From the human T2T-CHM13v2.0 reference genome, Homo sapiens: DNA of 64,000 nt. A model generated the notes under the pieces. The model was not told the origin of the DNA. It ran no database searches and saw nothing but the letters and a program-made list of their open reading frames with translations. Location of the stretch: assembly GCF_009914755.1 (NCBI RefSeq), contig NC_060930.1; one strand, written 5' to 3'. Position 1 is the stretch's first letter. Each line of letters starts with the position of its first letter. A program made the translations under genes and the position numbers. Below are positions 11,671 to 26,367 of the stretch, piece by piece.

Positions 11671-13465
11671 ACAGGACTCATTGTCTTACCTGAAATATAT
11701 GTTAAGTGACCTTTTCCAATTTGTTTACTAGAGTATTACTGTTTTTAAATTATGTATGAGCACTTTATAAAGATATTAACCACTTGCCATAATTGCTATA
11801 AAATATTATCTTATTGATATTTATCTTCTAATTATTTTATCTTTAAGATATAACCATTTAAAATTTTTGTTTAGCCACAGGTGACTATGTTTTCCCTTAG
11901 TGATTTTTCAGGGGTTTCTGTTTTGGGATCTAAAAAGTTTTCATCCTCCAGAAAGTTGATGAATATTCAATTCTGTTTAGTTCCAGGTTTTTCCTATGGT
12001 TTGGTAAAAACAAAACTTAGAAATTTAATAAAACACTCACTTAAAAATCTCTTTAATCTTTGCTATATGATGTGAGCTACGTCATGTAACACTGTCTCAT
12101 TTAAGTACTGACCTCTAGTATATTTGTGTTTCTGTGTCCTTGGAGAATTCTTTAAAAATAAAATTGTCCAGAAGTAAAGTCTCGGTCAGATCTCGAGGAC
12201 ATTTTTTTAGTCCTAGGGCATTTTGATTGATCACTCTCTTGGGGGAAAAAAATCTATTTTGGGAATACAGAAAGCACATGTTTAAGTCTTGAACGGCCTT
12301 GCTGCTTCTGCAAGAGTGGGAAGGCTCAGAAAAATCCTGGATTGTCCTATAGTCTGAAAAGAAAAAGAGGCAGTCTTAATGAATGGGAATTTTTTAAACT
12401 TGGATCTTTATGATACCTACTAACCTCCCTAGTTTATTCTAAAGCTTCAGGTACACGTGGTCTTGCAGAATGACAATCCGTTATGTAACTGAAGAAGCAG
12501 CACAGGAATTCCAGTCTTGCAGTAGTAGCTGAGGTATAAAAGTGGCTCCCAACATTTACCTAATGGAGCAGATTAAAAAACAAATGTGGCATGTATTATC
12601 TAGTGGTGCTAAATGAGGAAAGTACTACAAAGGTAAATGTCCCTACAAGCATAATAAAGTAGTTGGATGTCTGGAGTTTTTTGGTCTTTTGGAAAACAGA
12701 TGACCTTTCAGCAAAATCTTGGTTAATGGATGGGAAGCCAAGAAGGAAAACGGGTCCCACTTTCCTCTTTTACTTTTTCGACATGATTACTCAACCTAGA
12801 AATACTTTCATTGGGCTATTTTCTTTTCCTTAAAGTTAAGAGGGAGAACAATTGAGCCTAGTTTTCTGATCTTCCAAAATAAAAACACTGGCTTATTTGA
12901 AATGAAAATCCAAAAGAATTATTTTTGATTTTTTCTTTTCTTAAAAAATACTTAGCATCTTTTTATTCATAACTGGTTTCTGGGTAGATATGTTATTTAT
13001 TTCAGCATTCTTTTATATTTGCTTAAAACACAGAATTTGTTTCCTTAGACATATGGGTAAATATCTAGAAATGCTTTCTGACTAAAATTTAAACTTGCGG
13101 CATTAGGATAATAAAATTAATCTTGGAGACAAGTGTAATTAGTTCTGTTGTTAAAGTCAAGAAATGTATAGACCTGCTTCTAACCTGGCTATCCAGAACT
13201 ACCCTCAAATGATGGACGCAGTAGTTTAACAAATTCTAGGAGGCAATAATGCAGTCCTCTAGGTTCAACACCATGTTATCCACTCAATGATTTTAGTCAT
13301 GAGTCTTGGATTCCTTTAGAGATTGGATTGTAACCATTTTCAAGATCACTAACTGAATTAACATGCATTTGTGATCGTTTTACCTATCATCTTGAATTTA
13401 CAGATGATTATCATTTTTTAGAAGTTCAACATAGGAGAAGTGAAAGTGTCAAGGAAGGTACCTTA

Positions 13466-13927
<462 letters not shown>

Positions 13928-14549
13928 AGAAAGCTCTGAGAAGAGGATCCAGAAAATCTATATTAGGGCAGATGAGTAGTCCATAGAGCCTCAAGTCTGT
14001 CTAAATATGACACTTCATGATCTATTTTCTAATGTAGGATATTCCTGCTCTATAATATTATTCTCAGAGATTAAGATTACATACTGAATTACCTGGATAT
14101 TACTTTAATCAAAACCCTTTGTGCATTTCATGTTGTGTTATGGAAACATGTTTAACTTGCTTATATTTTTAGCAATGAGGTCCAATTTTAAAATTGTGAT
14201 ATTTTTAAAAGAGTGAAATAATGTATCAAAATGTTTTATTTCATACAAAACTTTATGATTGGCAGGATATTCTCATTCTTTCAACAACTCAAGAAAGGAA
14301 TTGTTGTTTTTTGTTTGCTAACTGAGTTTAGATGGCATAGATCTTAAAGCCTGTCAAATTAATAACATACTTATACTGTTTAATATCATGCTGCAGATGA
14401 AAATTAGGATACAGATTGTTAAGGTTTTCTGTTGCAAGGTAGGTTTATAATATAAAATATTAAAACTAAGTTTTAAAAATTTGGTTCATGATATTGCATT
14501 CCTTCACACAATAGTCTTGTTATTATTCATTGTGGGGGTATTTTAAGAG

Positions 14550-14579
14550 ATATATATATATATATATTTTTTTTTTTTT
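14550..14579. repeat. (TA)8 T13 compound repeat forming the splice-acceptor tract
   Basis: Read directly; ends 13 nt upstream of exon 14593. Confidence 0.95.
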
Positions 14580-14592
14580 GCTGTTTTTGTAG

Positions 14593-14784
14593 GCAATCCC
14601 TATTCAACAGAGGAAAATGGGTCAACTTGCTTCTGGAATTAGATCATCACTTCTTCCTACAGATTATCTGGTTGAAATTAACAAAATTTTACTTTGCATG
14701 GATGATGTTGAATTATCGCTTAATGTTCCAGAGCTCAACACTGCTATTTACGAAGACTTCTCTTTTCAGGAAGACTCTCTGAAG
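14593..14784 (+). CDS. UTRN: UTRN coding exon, 192 nt, phase 0-0 (DMD exon 42 equivalent)
   Basis: tttttgtag|GCAATC...CTGAAG|gtagac; [64 protein letters not shown]. Confidence 0.95.
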
Positions 14785-15628
14785 GTAGACCTCTGGGCAC
14801 TGTGTTTGAATGGCCACAGTTAATGTAGAAGTAGAGGAAGAAATTTGTTCTTGTGCCTACTTAGATGGTCTATATCTTTTACAATTTGTGCCAGGGGATT
14901 AATAATATGTATGACTAGTAAAGCTTTCCTATATTGTCAAAGAAAATATATTAAATTTTGAATTTTTAAAAAGTGGGTATGGATTGTTAAATGTGCACAG
15001 TTATAAATTATTTGCAACATCAGAGCCTTGTTTAAAATTAAACAGAGACATAGACCACCTTCCTGTCTTATAAACTAGATTGTCAGTTGATGTTAATTGT
15101 CAGCATTTATCAGGCAATCTATAATGGTTTAAAATTGGCCAGTTGAGGTATGGAATGGCATCTTGATTGTAAGTTAATTAAACTTAAATTCTAGCAAGGC
15201 ATTTTCATGTAACTTGATTGCATTTATATGTAAAATCACAATAAATTCACTGATAATATGGATTTGATAGTGCATTCCTCTCATTTAAACTAACATTATT
15301 AGATATTTGAAAATATCACTATTTCCAGCTTCAAGTGCCTCATTACCTATAGAGAATGTTACTGAAGCCTTTCATGTGTTCTGTACAAATGCTACTATTG
15401 TGAGGACTTTTTTTCCTGCCTTGAGTATATTATGTAGCATATTCCACACACTTTGGTTAAAACAGAGTATCATTTAAAAAAAAAAAGTTTTCAGTTTTCA
15501 TGATTAACAATGATTATGTCTCATTATTATTTCAAATGAGTGTTCTACAATATAAATATCTGGTCATCTGTGATTCCTTTTTTTGTTACTTTGCTGGATT
15601 TTGTTAATCTATGACAATATATTTTTAG

Positions 15629-15801
15629 AATATCAAAGACCAACTGGACAAACTTGGAGAGCAGATTGCAGTCATTCATGAAAAACAGCCAGATGTCATC
15701 CTTGAAGCCTCTGGACCTGAAGCCATTCAGATCAGAGATACACTTACTCAGCTGAATGCAAAATGGGACAGAATTAATAGAATGTACAGTGATCGGAAAG
15801 G
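15629..15801 (+). CDS. UTRN: UTRN coding exon, 173 nt, phase 0-2 (DMD exon 43 equivalent)
   Basis: tttttag|AATATC...AAAGG|gtatgt; [57 protein letters not shown](G). Confidence 0.96.
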
Positions 15802-15811
15802 GTATGTGTAA

Positions 15812-16235
<424 letters not shown>

Positions 16236-19200
16236 TAATAAATTGTGATGAGTATAGTTCCTTAAAGGAGGAATGTGATCATGTATAGATGACCATTTAT
16301 AACATAATATCTTAATGATATGGAAGCACTTCTAATTTTTAGTGTCTAAATAGTGTCCATTCTCTTTAAAAAAACTAAAGAAATTTTTCATTAATGTTCA
16401 CTTTCTCAGCACACTTGATGATTAATGTGAGTGAAGAACAGAGGCAGCTACAGATAATTAGAATCCATATATAGTACCAAACTCTTTTTTATAGCCTTCT
16501 GTTTAAATGAATGCTTTTGAGCCTTCTTACTAGATTTTGACCAGGACTATTAATAGGTAGAAATGAAAACAGGCAAGATTTTTGCCAGTAGCTGTGGATG
16601 TGATGGAAAGGCAAATAAGTTATGAAATAACCCAGTGGAAAGCGCTGTATAAGAGGAAAGGGAGCACAGAATAATACATTGGGTAACTTGAGAGACATAC
16701 GCACAAAAACTAGGCATCATGTTCCTTCTCTTTTTTTCTATTTTAGCCTACATATTTCAATGTGACTAATCCTTGAAAAGATAGCTTTTAGTGGCCTTTG
16801 GTATATTCCTTTGTTTGGATTTTACAAATTTTCTCTTTGTACCTTTGGAGAACATTCTTTTACATACATCTTTATCCATACTTATATTTCATTAGGCTTG
16901 ATCATTAGATGAAGACAAATTTCTTTAAAAATAATGACATTTTAAACCCCTGTATTATATCATGAAATTGGTTACTATACCCCTGCCAACAGTATTTGTA
17001 AAAATATCCTTCTTTTTGAGCCCTTACTAACATTGACAGGTTTTTTTTTTATTATTTAAAAAAACTTTGCCAGTTTAATAGTGATAGATTACATCTCAAT
17101 TTTATTTTCATTTTTAAATTTTTAGTGCTACTAATTTTTGTACGTCAATTTTGTATCCTGAAACTTTGCTGAATTTATTTACCAGTTCTAGGAGCTTTTT
17201 GGATGAGTCTTTAGGGTTTTCTAGGTATATGATCATGTTACCAGCAAACAGTAACAGTTTGAGTTCCTTTTAACCAATTCGGATGCCCTTTATTTCTTTC
17301 TCTTGTCTGATTGCTCTGTCTAGGACTTCCGGTACTATGTTGAATGCAAGTGGTGAAAGTGGGCATCCTTTTCTTGTTCCAGTTCTCAGGGGGAATGCTT
17401 TCAATTTTTCCTCATTCAGTATAATGTTGGCTATGGGCTAAAAGTCATAGATGGCTTTTATTACCTGAAGGTATGTTCCTTCTATGCCAATTTTGCTGAG
17501 AATTTTAATCATAAAGGGATGCTAGATTTTGTCAGAGGCTTTTTCTGAGTCTGTTGAGGTGATCATGTGATTTTTGTTTTAATTCTGTTTATGTGGTGTA
17601 TCACATTTATTGACTTGTGTATGTTAAACCATCCCTGCATCCCTAGTATGAAACCCACTTGATCATGGTTTATTGTCTTTTTGATATACTATTGGATTCA
17701 GTTAGCTAGTATTTTGTTGAGGATTTTTGCATCTATATCAGGGATTTGGTCTGTAGTTTTCTTTTTTGTTATGTCCTTTCCTGGTTTTGGTATTAGGGTA
17801 ATACTGGCTTCATGGAATGATTTAGGGAGGATTCCCTCTTTCTCTATCTTTTGGATAGTGTCAGTAGGATTGGTACCAATTCTTCTTTGAATGTCTGATA
17901 GAATTCAGCTCTGAACCCATCGGGTCCTGGGCTTTTTTTTGCTGGTAATTTTTTAATCATGATTTTAATCTTGCTGCTTGTTATTGGTCTGTTTAGAGTT
18001 TCTATTTCTTCCTGGTTTAATTTAGGAGGGTTGTATATTTCCAGGAATTTATCCATATCCTCTAGGTTTTCTAGTTTATGCATGTAAAAATGTTCATAAT
18101 AGCCTTGATCTTTTGTATTTCTATGGCATCAGTTGTAATATCACCCATTTTGTTTCTGATTGAACTGATTTGGATCCTCTCTCTTTTCTTGGTTAATCTC
18201 ACCAATAGTCTGTAAATTTTATTTATTTTTTTAGAGAACCAGCTTTTTGTTTCATTTTTTTTTGTATTTTTGTTTATTTGTTTCATTTTCATTTAGCTCT
18301 GCTCTGATCTTGGTTATTTTTTTTTCTTCTGCTGGGCTTGGGTTTGGTTTGTTCTTGTTTATCTAGTTCCTTGAGGTGTGACTTTAGATTGTCTATTTGT
18401 GCTCTTTTAGACTCTTTGATGTAGGCATTTAATGCTATGCACATTCCTCTTAGTACCGCTTTTGCCATATCCCAAAAGTTTTGATAGGTTGCGTCACTAT
18501 TATCGTTCAGTTCAAAGAATTTTTAAATTTCCATCTTGATTTCATTGATGACCCAATGATCATTCAGGAGCAGGTTATTTCGTTTCCATATATTTGCATG
18601 GTTTTGAGGGTTCCCTTCAGACTTGATTTCCAATTTCATTCCACTGTGGTCTGAGAGAGTACTTGATGTAATTTTAGTTTTCTTAAATTTGTTGAGACTT
18701 GTTTTGTGGCTTATCACATGGTCTATCTTGGAGAATATTCCATGTGTTCATGAATAGAATATATATTCTGCAGTTGTTGCATAGAATGTTCCGTAAGTAT
18801 CTGTTAAGTCCATTTGTTCTAGGGTATAGTTTAATTCCATTGTTTCTTTGTCGACTTTCTGTCTGGGTGACTTGTCTAGTGCTATCAGTGGAGTATTGAA
18901 GTCCACCACTGTTAATGTGTTGCTGTTTATTTCATTTCTTAGGTCTAGTAGTAATTGTTTTACAAACTTGGGAGCTCCAATGTTAGGTGCATATATATTT
19001 AGGATATAATTTCCTGTTGGACTAGTCTTTTTATCATTATATAATGTCCTTCTTTGTCTTTTTTAACTGCTGTTGCTTTAAAATTTATTTTGTCTGATAT
19101 AAGAATAGCTACTCCTGCTTGCTTTTGGTGTCCATTTGGATGGACTGTTATTTTGCACCCCTTTGCCTTAAGTTTATGTGAGTTTTTATGTGTCGGGTGA

Positions 19201-19412
19201 GTCTCTTGAAGACAGCAGTTACTTGGTTGGTGAATTTTTATCCATTCTTCTATTCCGTATCTTTTAAATGAAGCATTTAGGCCATTTACATTGAATGTTA
19301 TTATTGAGATATGAGGTACTATTCTATTTATCATGATATTTGTTGCCTCAATACCTTGGTTTTTTTTTTTTTTTCATTTTGTTATTGTTAATAGGTTCTT
19401 TGAGATCTATGC

Positions 19413-19712
19413 TTTATTGTTGTTGTTGTTGACAGGTCTTCTTCTGTCACCCAGGCTGGAGTGCAGTGGCATGATCTCGGCTTACTGCAACCTCTGCCTC
19501 TCAGGTTCAAGCAGTTCTCTGCCTCAGCCTCCCATGTAGCTGGGTCTACAGGTGCCCACCACCATGCCTGGCTAATTTTTTTTGTATTTTTTAGTACAGG
19601 TGGGGTTTCACTGTGTTAGCCAGGCTGACCTCAAACTCCTGACCTCAGGTGATCCACCTGCCTCAGCCTCCGAAAGTGCTGGGATTACAGACGTGAGCCA
19701 CCACACCTGGCC
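19413..19712 (-). mobile_element. Alu (Sx-like) inserted in L1
   Basis: Reverse Alu with (TTG)n tail; TSD agat[c/t]tatgctt. Confidence 0.94.
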
Positions 19713-20645
19713 AAGATTTATGCTTCAAGAAGATTCTATTTTGTTGTATTTCTAGGATTTGTTTCAAGACTTAGAGCTCCTTTTAGCAATTCTTGTAGTG
19801 CTGGCTTAATAGCAGCAAATTCTCTCAGTATTTGTTTGAAAAAGACTATCTTTCCTTCATTTATGAAGCTTAGTTTCACTGGATACAAAATTCCTGGCTT
19901 GTAATTGTTTTGTTTAAGGAGGCTGAAGATAGGACCCCAATCTCTTCTAGCTTATAAGGTTTCTGCTGAGAAATCTTCTGTTAATGTGATAGATTCTTCT
20001 TTATAGGTTACCTGATGCTTTTGCCTCACAACTGTCAATATTCTTTCCTTCTTATTGACTTTACGTAACCTGATGACCATGTGCCTAGGCAATGATCTTT
20101 TTGCGATGAGTTTTCCAGGTGTTCTTTGAGATTTTTGTATTTGGATATCTAGATCTCTAGCAAAGCCGGGAGGTTTTCCTCAATTATTCCTGCAAATATG
20201 TTTTAGATACTTTTGGATTTCTCTTTTACTTGGGAACACAAATTATTCTTTGGTCTTTTAACATATTCCCAAACTTCATGGAGGCTTTGTTCATTTTTTA
20301 AAATTCTTTTTTCTTTTTCTTTGTCAGATTGGGTTAATTCAAAAGCCTTGTCTTTGAGCTCTGAGGTTTCTTCTACTTGTTCGAATTTATTGCTGAGACT
20401 TTCCAGTGCATTTTGCATCTCTCTGAGTGTGTCCTTGATTTCCAAAAGTTGTTTTATTTATGCTGTTTATTTCACTCGAGATTTTTTCCTTCATATGCTG
20501 TGTCATTGTTTTGATTTCTTTAAGTTGGACTTCACCTTTCACTGGTGTGTCCTTGATTGGTTTAATAATCGACCTTCTGAATTCTTTTTCTGGCAATTCA
20601 GAGATTTTGTCCTGGTTTGGATCCATTGCTGGTAAGCTAGTGTGA

Positions 20646-20952
<307 letters not shown>

Positions 20953-22721
20953 TAGTGTGATCTTTTTGGGTATTTTAAAGAACCTTGTTTTGTCATATTA
21001 CCATAATTGTTTTTCTGGTTTCTTCTCATTTGGGTAGAGCATGTCAGAGGGAAGATCTGGGAATCAGTGGCTGCTGTCCTGATTCTTTTGTCCCATGAAA
21101 TGCTTCCTTGATGTAGTGCTCTCCTCCTTCCCCTAGGGATGGGGCTTCCTGAGAGCTGAACTGCAGTGATTATTATTTATCTTCTGAAGCTAGCCATCCA
21201 GCACAGCTACTGGGTGCTGAGCGGGTACTGGGAAGTGTCTGCAAAGAGTCCTGTGATGTGATGTGATCTGTCTTCAGGTCTCTCAGCTGTGGATACCAGC
21301 ACCTGCTCTGGTGGAAGTAACAGGGGAGTGAAGCGGCCTCTGTGAGAGTCCTTGGTTGTATTTTGGTTAAGTTCGCTGGTTTTCTGTTGGTTGGCCCCCA
21401 GCCAGGAGATGGTGCTTACAAGAGAGCATCAGCTGCAGTAGCATAGAGAGGATTAGGCGGCAGGCAGGGCCATAGAGCTCCTAAGAAATTATCTTCTTTG
21501 TCTTTGGCTACTGGGGCGAGTAGAGAAAGACCATCAGGTTGGGCAGGGTTAGGTGCTGAGTCAGACTCTCCTTGTGCATGGCTTGTTGTGGCTGCTATGG
21601 GGGATGGGGGTGTGGTTCCCAGGCCAGTGGAGTTATGTTCCCAGGGGGATTATGGCTGCCTCTGCTGCATCACACAGGTTGCCAGGGAAGTGAGGGAAAG
21701 CGTGCAGTTGCAGGCCTCACTCAGTTTCCATGCAGCCCACGGCCCAAAAGGCCAGTCTTAGTCCTATCAGGAACCCCTTCCGCCACCCCCACACCCCCAC
21801 TGGCCCAACAGCATTGGGTTTATTTCCAGGCAGCTGGTGAGCAGGGTTGAGAACTTGCCCCAGGTGACAAGTCTCCCAGCTGAGAACGCAAGCTGATCTC
21901 CAGTTCCTCGGCTCTCCCATGCAGCATGCAGCAGCATTCCACCTCCTTCAAAGGGTCTGTAGATTCTCTCAGTTTTCCTGGTATGTTCCTGCGGTAGTTC
22001 TTGGAACAAAAGTCCACTATGTGTCTGCACATGCTGCTGTTTGTCTGAGTGGGAGCTGCAAGTTAGACCTTCCTCCTATCCACCATTTTTTTTTCTCTCT
22101 GTCACTGATGATACATTCTAAGTTTAATGTTTGTATTTTCAAAGTCTTTAGATCTTTGGAACAGTCTTATAGCATCTCGAATTTGGAAATTGTGATTGTT
22201 GTGTAGTTATTGTGAATTTTTGCAAATGATAATGAGTGTCAATATCACCTCATAGTGCCTTTTTTTTAAGTGCTTTTCTTTTTCCATGCTCAATAGAAAA
22301 TTGCTTTACTGTGGGCAGTATTAGCAAAATGTTAAAAGTAATTTTCATGGAGAAAGACGATATACACATTATTTAGGGGTTATTGATATTAGGAGCCATT
22401 TTATTTAAAAAATATATATTTTATTAATATTGTTAAGATCTCAGAGATCACTTCTAAAACTCAGCTCCATTACTCTTAAACAAAAAGATAGGAGAAAAAA
22501 TTATTTAGGATCCTGGTCCAATAAAGCTTTTCCTTTTTATGCTTATTTCATGTATCCTGAATATAACAAGCACTGGGTTTTACTTTGCCATCTTTAAAAG
22601 AGTTTGGTTTAAACAGAAATCTCAATAGCCCTCTGTCTTATTGCATAACGGGCTCTGCATGCAATTTCATACTTTGCTGTATTTAGGTAAATGGGACCCT
22701 CAGGACCAGTCATTACCCGAA

Positions 22722-23092
22722 GTACATTAATCTGCTCAGGCAGCCGTTATAAGATAACATAGACTGGGTAGCTTAAACAACAGACATTTACTTTCCCACA
22801 GTTCTGGAGGCTGGAAGTTCAAGATCAAGGTGCCAGTAGATTTGGTGTCTAGTGAGGTCTCTCTTACTGGCTTGCAGATGGCCACCTTCTTGCTGTGTCC
22901 TCACATGAGAGAGCTCTGTGGTGACTCTTCCACCTATTATAAGGACACCAGTCCTTTCAGACTAGAGCCCCACACTTATGACCTCATTTAACCTTATTTG
23001 TGTCCTGGAAAGCTCTATCTCTAAGTACAGTCACACTGTGGGGTTAGGGCTTCAACATAAGAATTTTGATTGGACATAATTCAGTATATAAC
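22722..23092 (-). mobile_element. MLT1A-type MaLR solo LTR
   Basis: agactgggtagcttaaacaacagacattt...gttctggaggctggaagttcaagatcaaggtgccag...attcagtatataaca. Confidence 0.88.
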
Positions 23093-23340
23093 ATATAGAT
23101 AGAGGGGTATACGGGCATTTTGAAGTGTTTTGGCCTTTTGTGCTTTATTCTTGCCGGGAACTAAGTGTTCTGGTAGTAAAACAACATATTTTTCCCCAAG
23201 AAAATAATGAATCATATTTTATATTTCACAGTATTTAAATGTTAAATGTATAAAGTTGGATGCGTTAACATGCCTACAACTAATCGATCCTGATTTTTCA
23301 AGCCAGAAAAGGCTGCATCTTTTTAGTTAAAAAGCTGCTC

Positions 23341-23430
23341 GAGTGTGTGTGTGAGTGTGTTTGTGAGTGTGTATGTGAGTGTGCATGTGTGTATACGTGA
23401 GTGTGCATGTGTGTGTGTATGAGAGAGAGG
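23341..23430. repeat. Degenerate (TG)n/(GA)n microsatellite
   Basis: Read directly. Confidence 0.9.
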
Positions 23431-23668
23431 ATTTGGTAGCTGGTGGTGTGAGCAGATTGCTTTGCCCTTGGTATGATGCATATATCTCTAGGAGGAATTA
23501 TTACCTGTATCCCACTACGAAAATTGGTTTTGTGGAGCAATAGGCTGTGAATTCAGTTGTTTGAGGTCTTTCTGTTTAAATGAAATTTGATTTTCTTTTT
23601 TAGAAAAATGGCTTTAGGCAGTCCTGGAAAATTTGGAAACCTATTTTATTTTGTGTATTGTCCTCTAG

Positions 23669-23819
23669 TTGTTTTGACAGGGCAATGGAAGAATGGAGAC
23701 AGTTCCATTGTGACCTTAATGACCTCACACAGTGGATAACAGAGGCTGAAGAATTACTGGTTGATACCTGTGCTCCAGGTGGCAGCCTGGACTTAGAGAA
23801 AGCCAGGATACATCAGCAG
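23669..23819 (+). CDS. UTRN: UTRN coding exon, 151 nt, phase 2-0 (DMD exon 44 equivalent)
   Basis: cctctag|TTGTTT...CAGCAG|gtgagt; [50 protein letters not shown]. Confidence 0.94.
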
Positions 23820-24472
23820 GTGAGTGCTTTCTGTTAGAGGAGGGGGACTGCACATATGGTTAGTGTATGCCTGTTAAGACAGATTTCAGAAGTAGGGACA
23901 AAATATATTAATTTTTCAGAAGTCAATGGACAATTTGTAATTTTTGTTCCAATTCTTGTTACCAGTTATAAAAGTTTAAGAAATTGGTCAATCACAATTT
24001 TCAATCAGGATTTCAAAGAAATTTAAATAAAAATACTCCTTGGTGGCTAATGTGAAAAACAATTTTATTTAAACAATTTTATATTTAGAATAAAATTTGT
24101 AAACTGTTATGCCTAAGACTATACCAAGAACAGAAAAAATATTTGCATGCCTCACCTCTGTTTTTTGTACTTAAACACTTAGGCATCTCATTTTTCTTTG
24201 TATCATTGATAATTATCATAAAGTAAATTATTCTGGAGCGACAGCAGGGCAGCTGCTCATGTAAGTCTAATTCAGTCTTGGGAAAATATAACACAAAGTT
24301 AGTTCTGATAACAATAGGTCTTTAAAAATAATGGTAGAAAGCACACGCAATTTCAATTCTACCATTGATAAAAATATTTTCTCTTTTATTAAGTTTTTTA
24401 AATGTATTTTATTTAGAAGGACATGACAATTTAAAGATAATTCATTTGTTTTTCTTATAAATGTGTTAATGT

Positions 24473-24795
<323 letters not shown>

Positions 24796-24877
24796 TTATT
24801 TTTGGAGTTACAGATAAGTGTTTAAATTTGACTTGAAAATATTCATTCAATCTGTTACTTAAACATTTGTAGACCAG

Positions 24878-25238
24878 TGTATTAGTCTGTTCTCATGCTG
24901 CTAATAAAGACATACCTGAGACTGGGTAATTTATAAAGGAAAGAGGTTTAATTGACTCATAGTTCAGCATGGCTGAGGAGGCCACAGGAAACGTCCAGTC
25001 ATGGTGGAAGGGGAAAGAAACATGTCCTTCTTCATATGGCGGCAGGAGAGAGAAGTGCTGAGCAAAGTGGGGGAAAAGTCCCTTATAAAACCATCAGATC
25101 ACTCTCACTAGAACAACACGAGGGTAACCACCCCTGTGATTCAGTTACCTCCCACTGGGTCCCTCCCTTGGCATGTGGGGATTATGGGAGGTACAATTCA
25201 AGATGAGATTTGGGTGGGGACACAACCAAACCATATCA
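24878..25238 (-). mobile_element. THE1-type MaLR solo LTR
   Basis: tgtattagtc...ctaataaagacatacc...ccaaaccatatca; 5-bp TSD accag (24873-24877, 25239-25243). Confidence 0.93.
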
Positions 25239-25701
25239 ACCAGTGAAGCAATATCTTAGTAAAATGTGCATTTAGGTTTACTTGTATGTGGTAGGACACA
25301 AGGATATAAGGATTTATTGGGGTATATAATTTTTTAAAGCAATGCCTTCAAGCACTTGCTTGAAAGAAGATGAGCAATTCATTTTCATCAAACATGATTG
25401 ATGCTTATGCTTTAATGTAAACAGCTGTTATTCATTTTAGTTATTAAGCTGCCCTATTTCCTTGTATTTTGCCTGATGACATTCATGAAGGTGGGTTAGA
25501 TTTCAAAATAAATTTCATTTAGCATGTTCATTGAAATGTAATTAAATTGTTTTAAAATGCCTTTTTTTTCTAACATAAAATATCTTTCCAGGAGTTTGTT
25601 TCTTTCACACTTAAATTGATACCACAATACTTGGGTGGATTCATTGCATCAGAATCATTTACTTATTAGTGAAACTAATCTTGAGTTGTGCTCTGTTACA
25701 G

Positions 25702-25877
25702 GAACTTGAGGTGGGCATCAGCAGCCACCAGCCCAGTTTTGCAGCACTAAACCGAACTGGGGATGGGATTGTGCAGAAACTCTCCCAGGCAGATGGAAGC
25801 TTCTTGAAAGAAAAACTGGCAGGTTTAAACCAACGCTGGGATGCAATTGTTGCAGAAGTGAAGGATAGGCAGCCAAG
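25702..25877 (+). CDS. UTRN: UTRN coding exon, 176 nt, phase 0-2 (DMD exon 45 equivalent)
   Basis: gttacag|GAACTT...CCAAG|gtgatt; [58 protein letters not shown](R). Confidence 0.96.
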
Positions 25878-26335
25878 GTGATTTAGCTATGATTGTTTGC
25901 AGGCACAGGAGTGAACATATTTTGGATAGAATCTTTTAAGATGCAATCTAATGAGTTCTTTTATTGTTTGACATTATAATAGGAATTTTACTGACATTTA
26001 AGACCTCCACTGCCCACATTCTCCCTTCCTGTATTTTTAGGCTGTCCATAAAGTCTCACTTTTCTACTCAAATGCTACATACGTAAAAACCAAACACCTT
26101 TATTCCTTTTATTTACAACTGCTTATTATGATATGGTGATTATGATGGGAATTTAAAGTAGTTGAAATAACTGAAACTCCAGGTTTCAGGTTTGAAGGTC
26201 TGGGTTCAAGATCAGACCTTCCCTTTGCTTATTTCCTGATTGAGCCTACCTTAGTAATACGTCTCACTAAGTTATTTTGGTGTCAAATGTTGTGTTCTAT
26301 TCATGCTTTGCCAATAATAAAGTTCTTCATCTATG

Positions 26336-26367
26336 TAATATAATATAATATAATATAATATAATATA
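26336..26367. repeat. (TAATA)n microsatellite
   Basis: Read directly. Confidence 0.9.

Noticed and set aside
12340-12632. Possible fossil of DMD exon 40/41 (182-nt spliceable segment vs 183-nt exon 41; purine-rich gaaaagaaaaagagg)
   Set aside because: No convincing peptide similarity in any frame, and the divergence is too ancient for neutral sequence to persist; the size match is likely coincidence.
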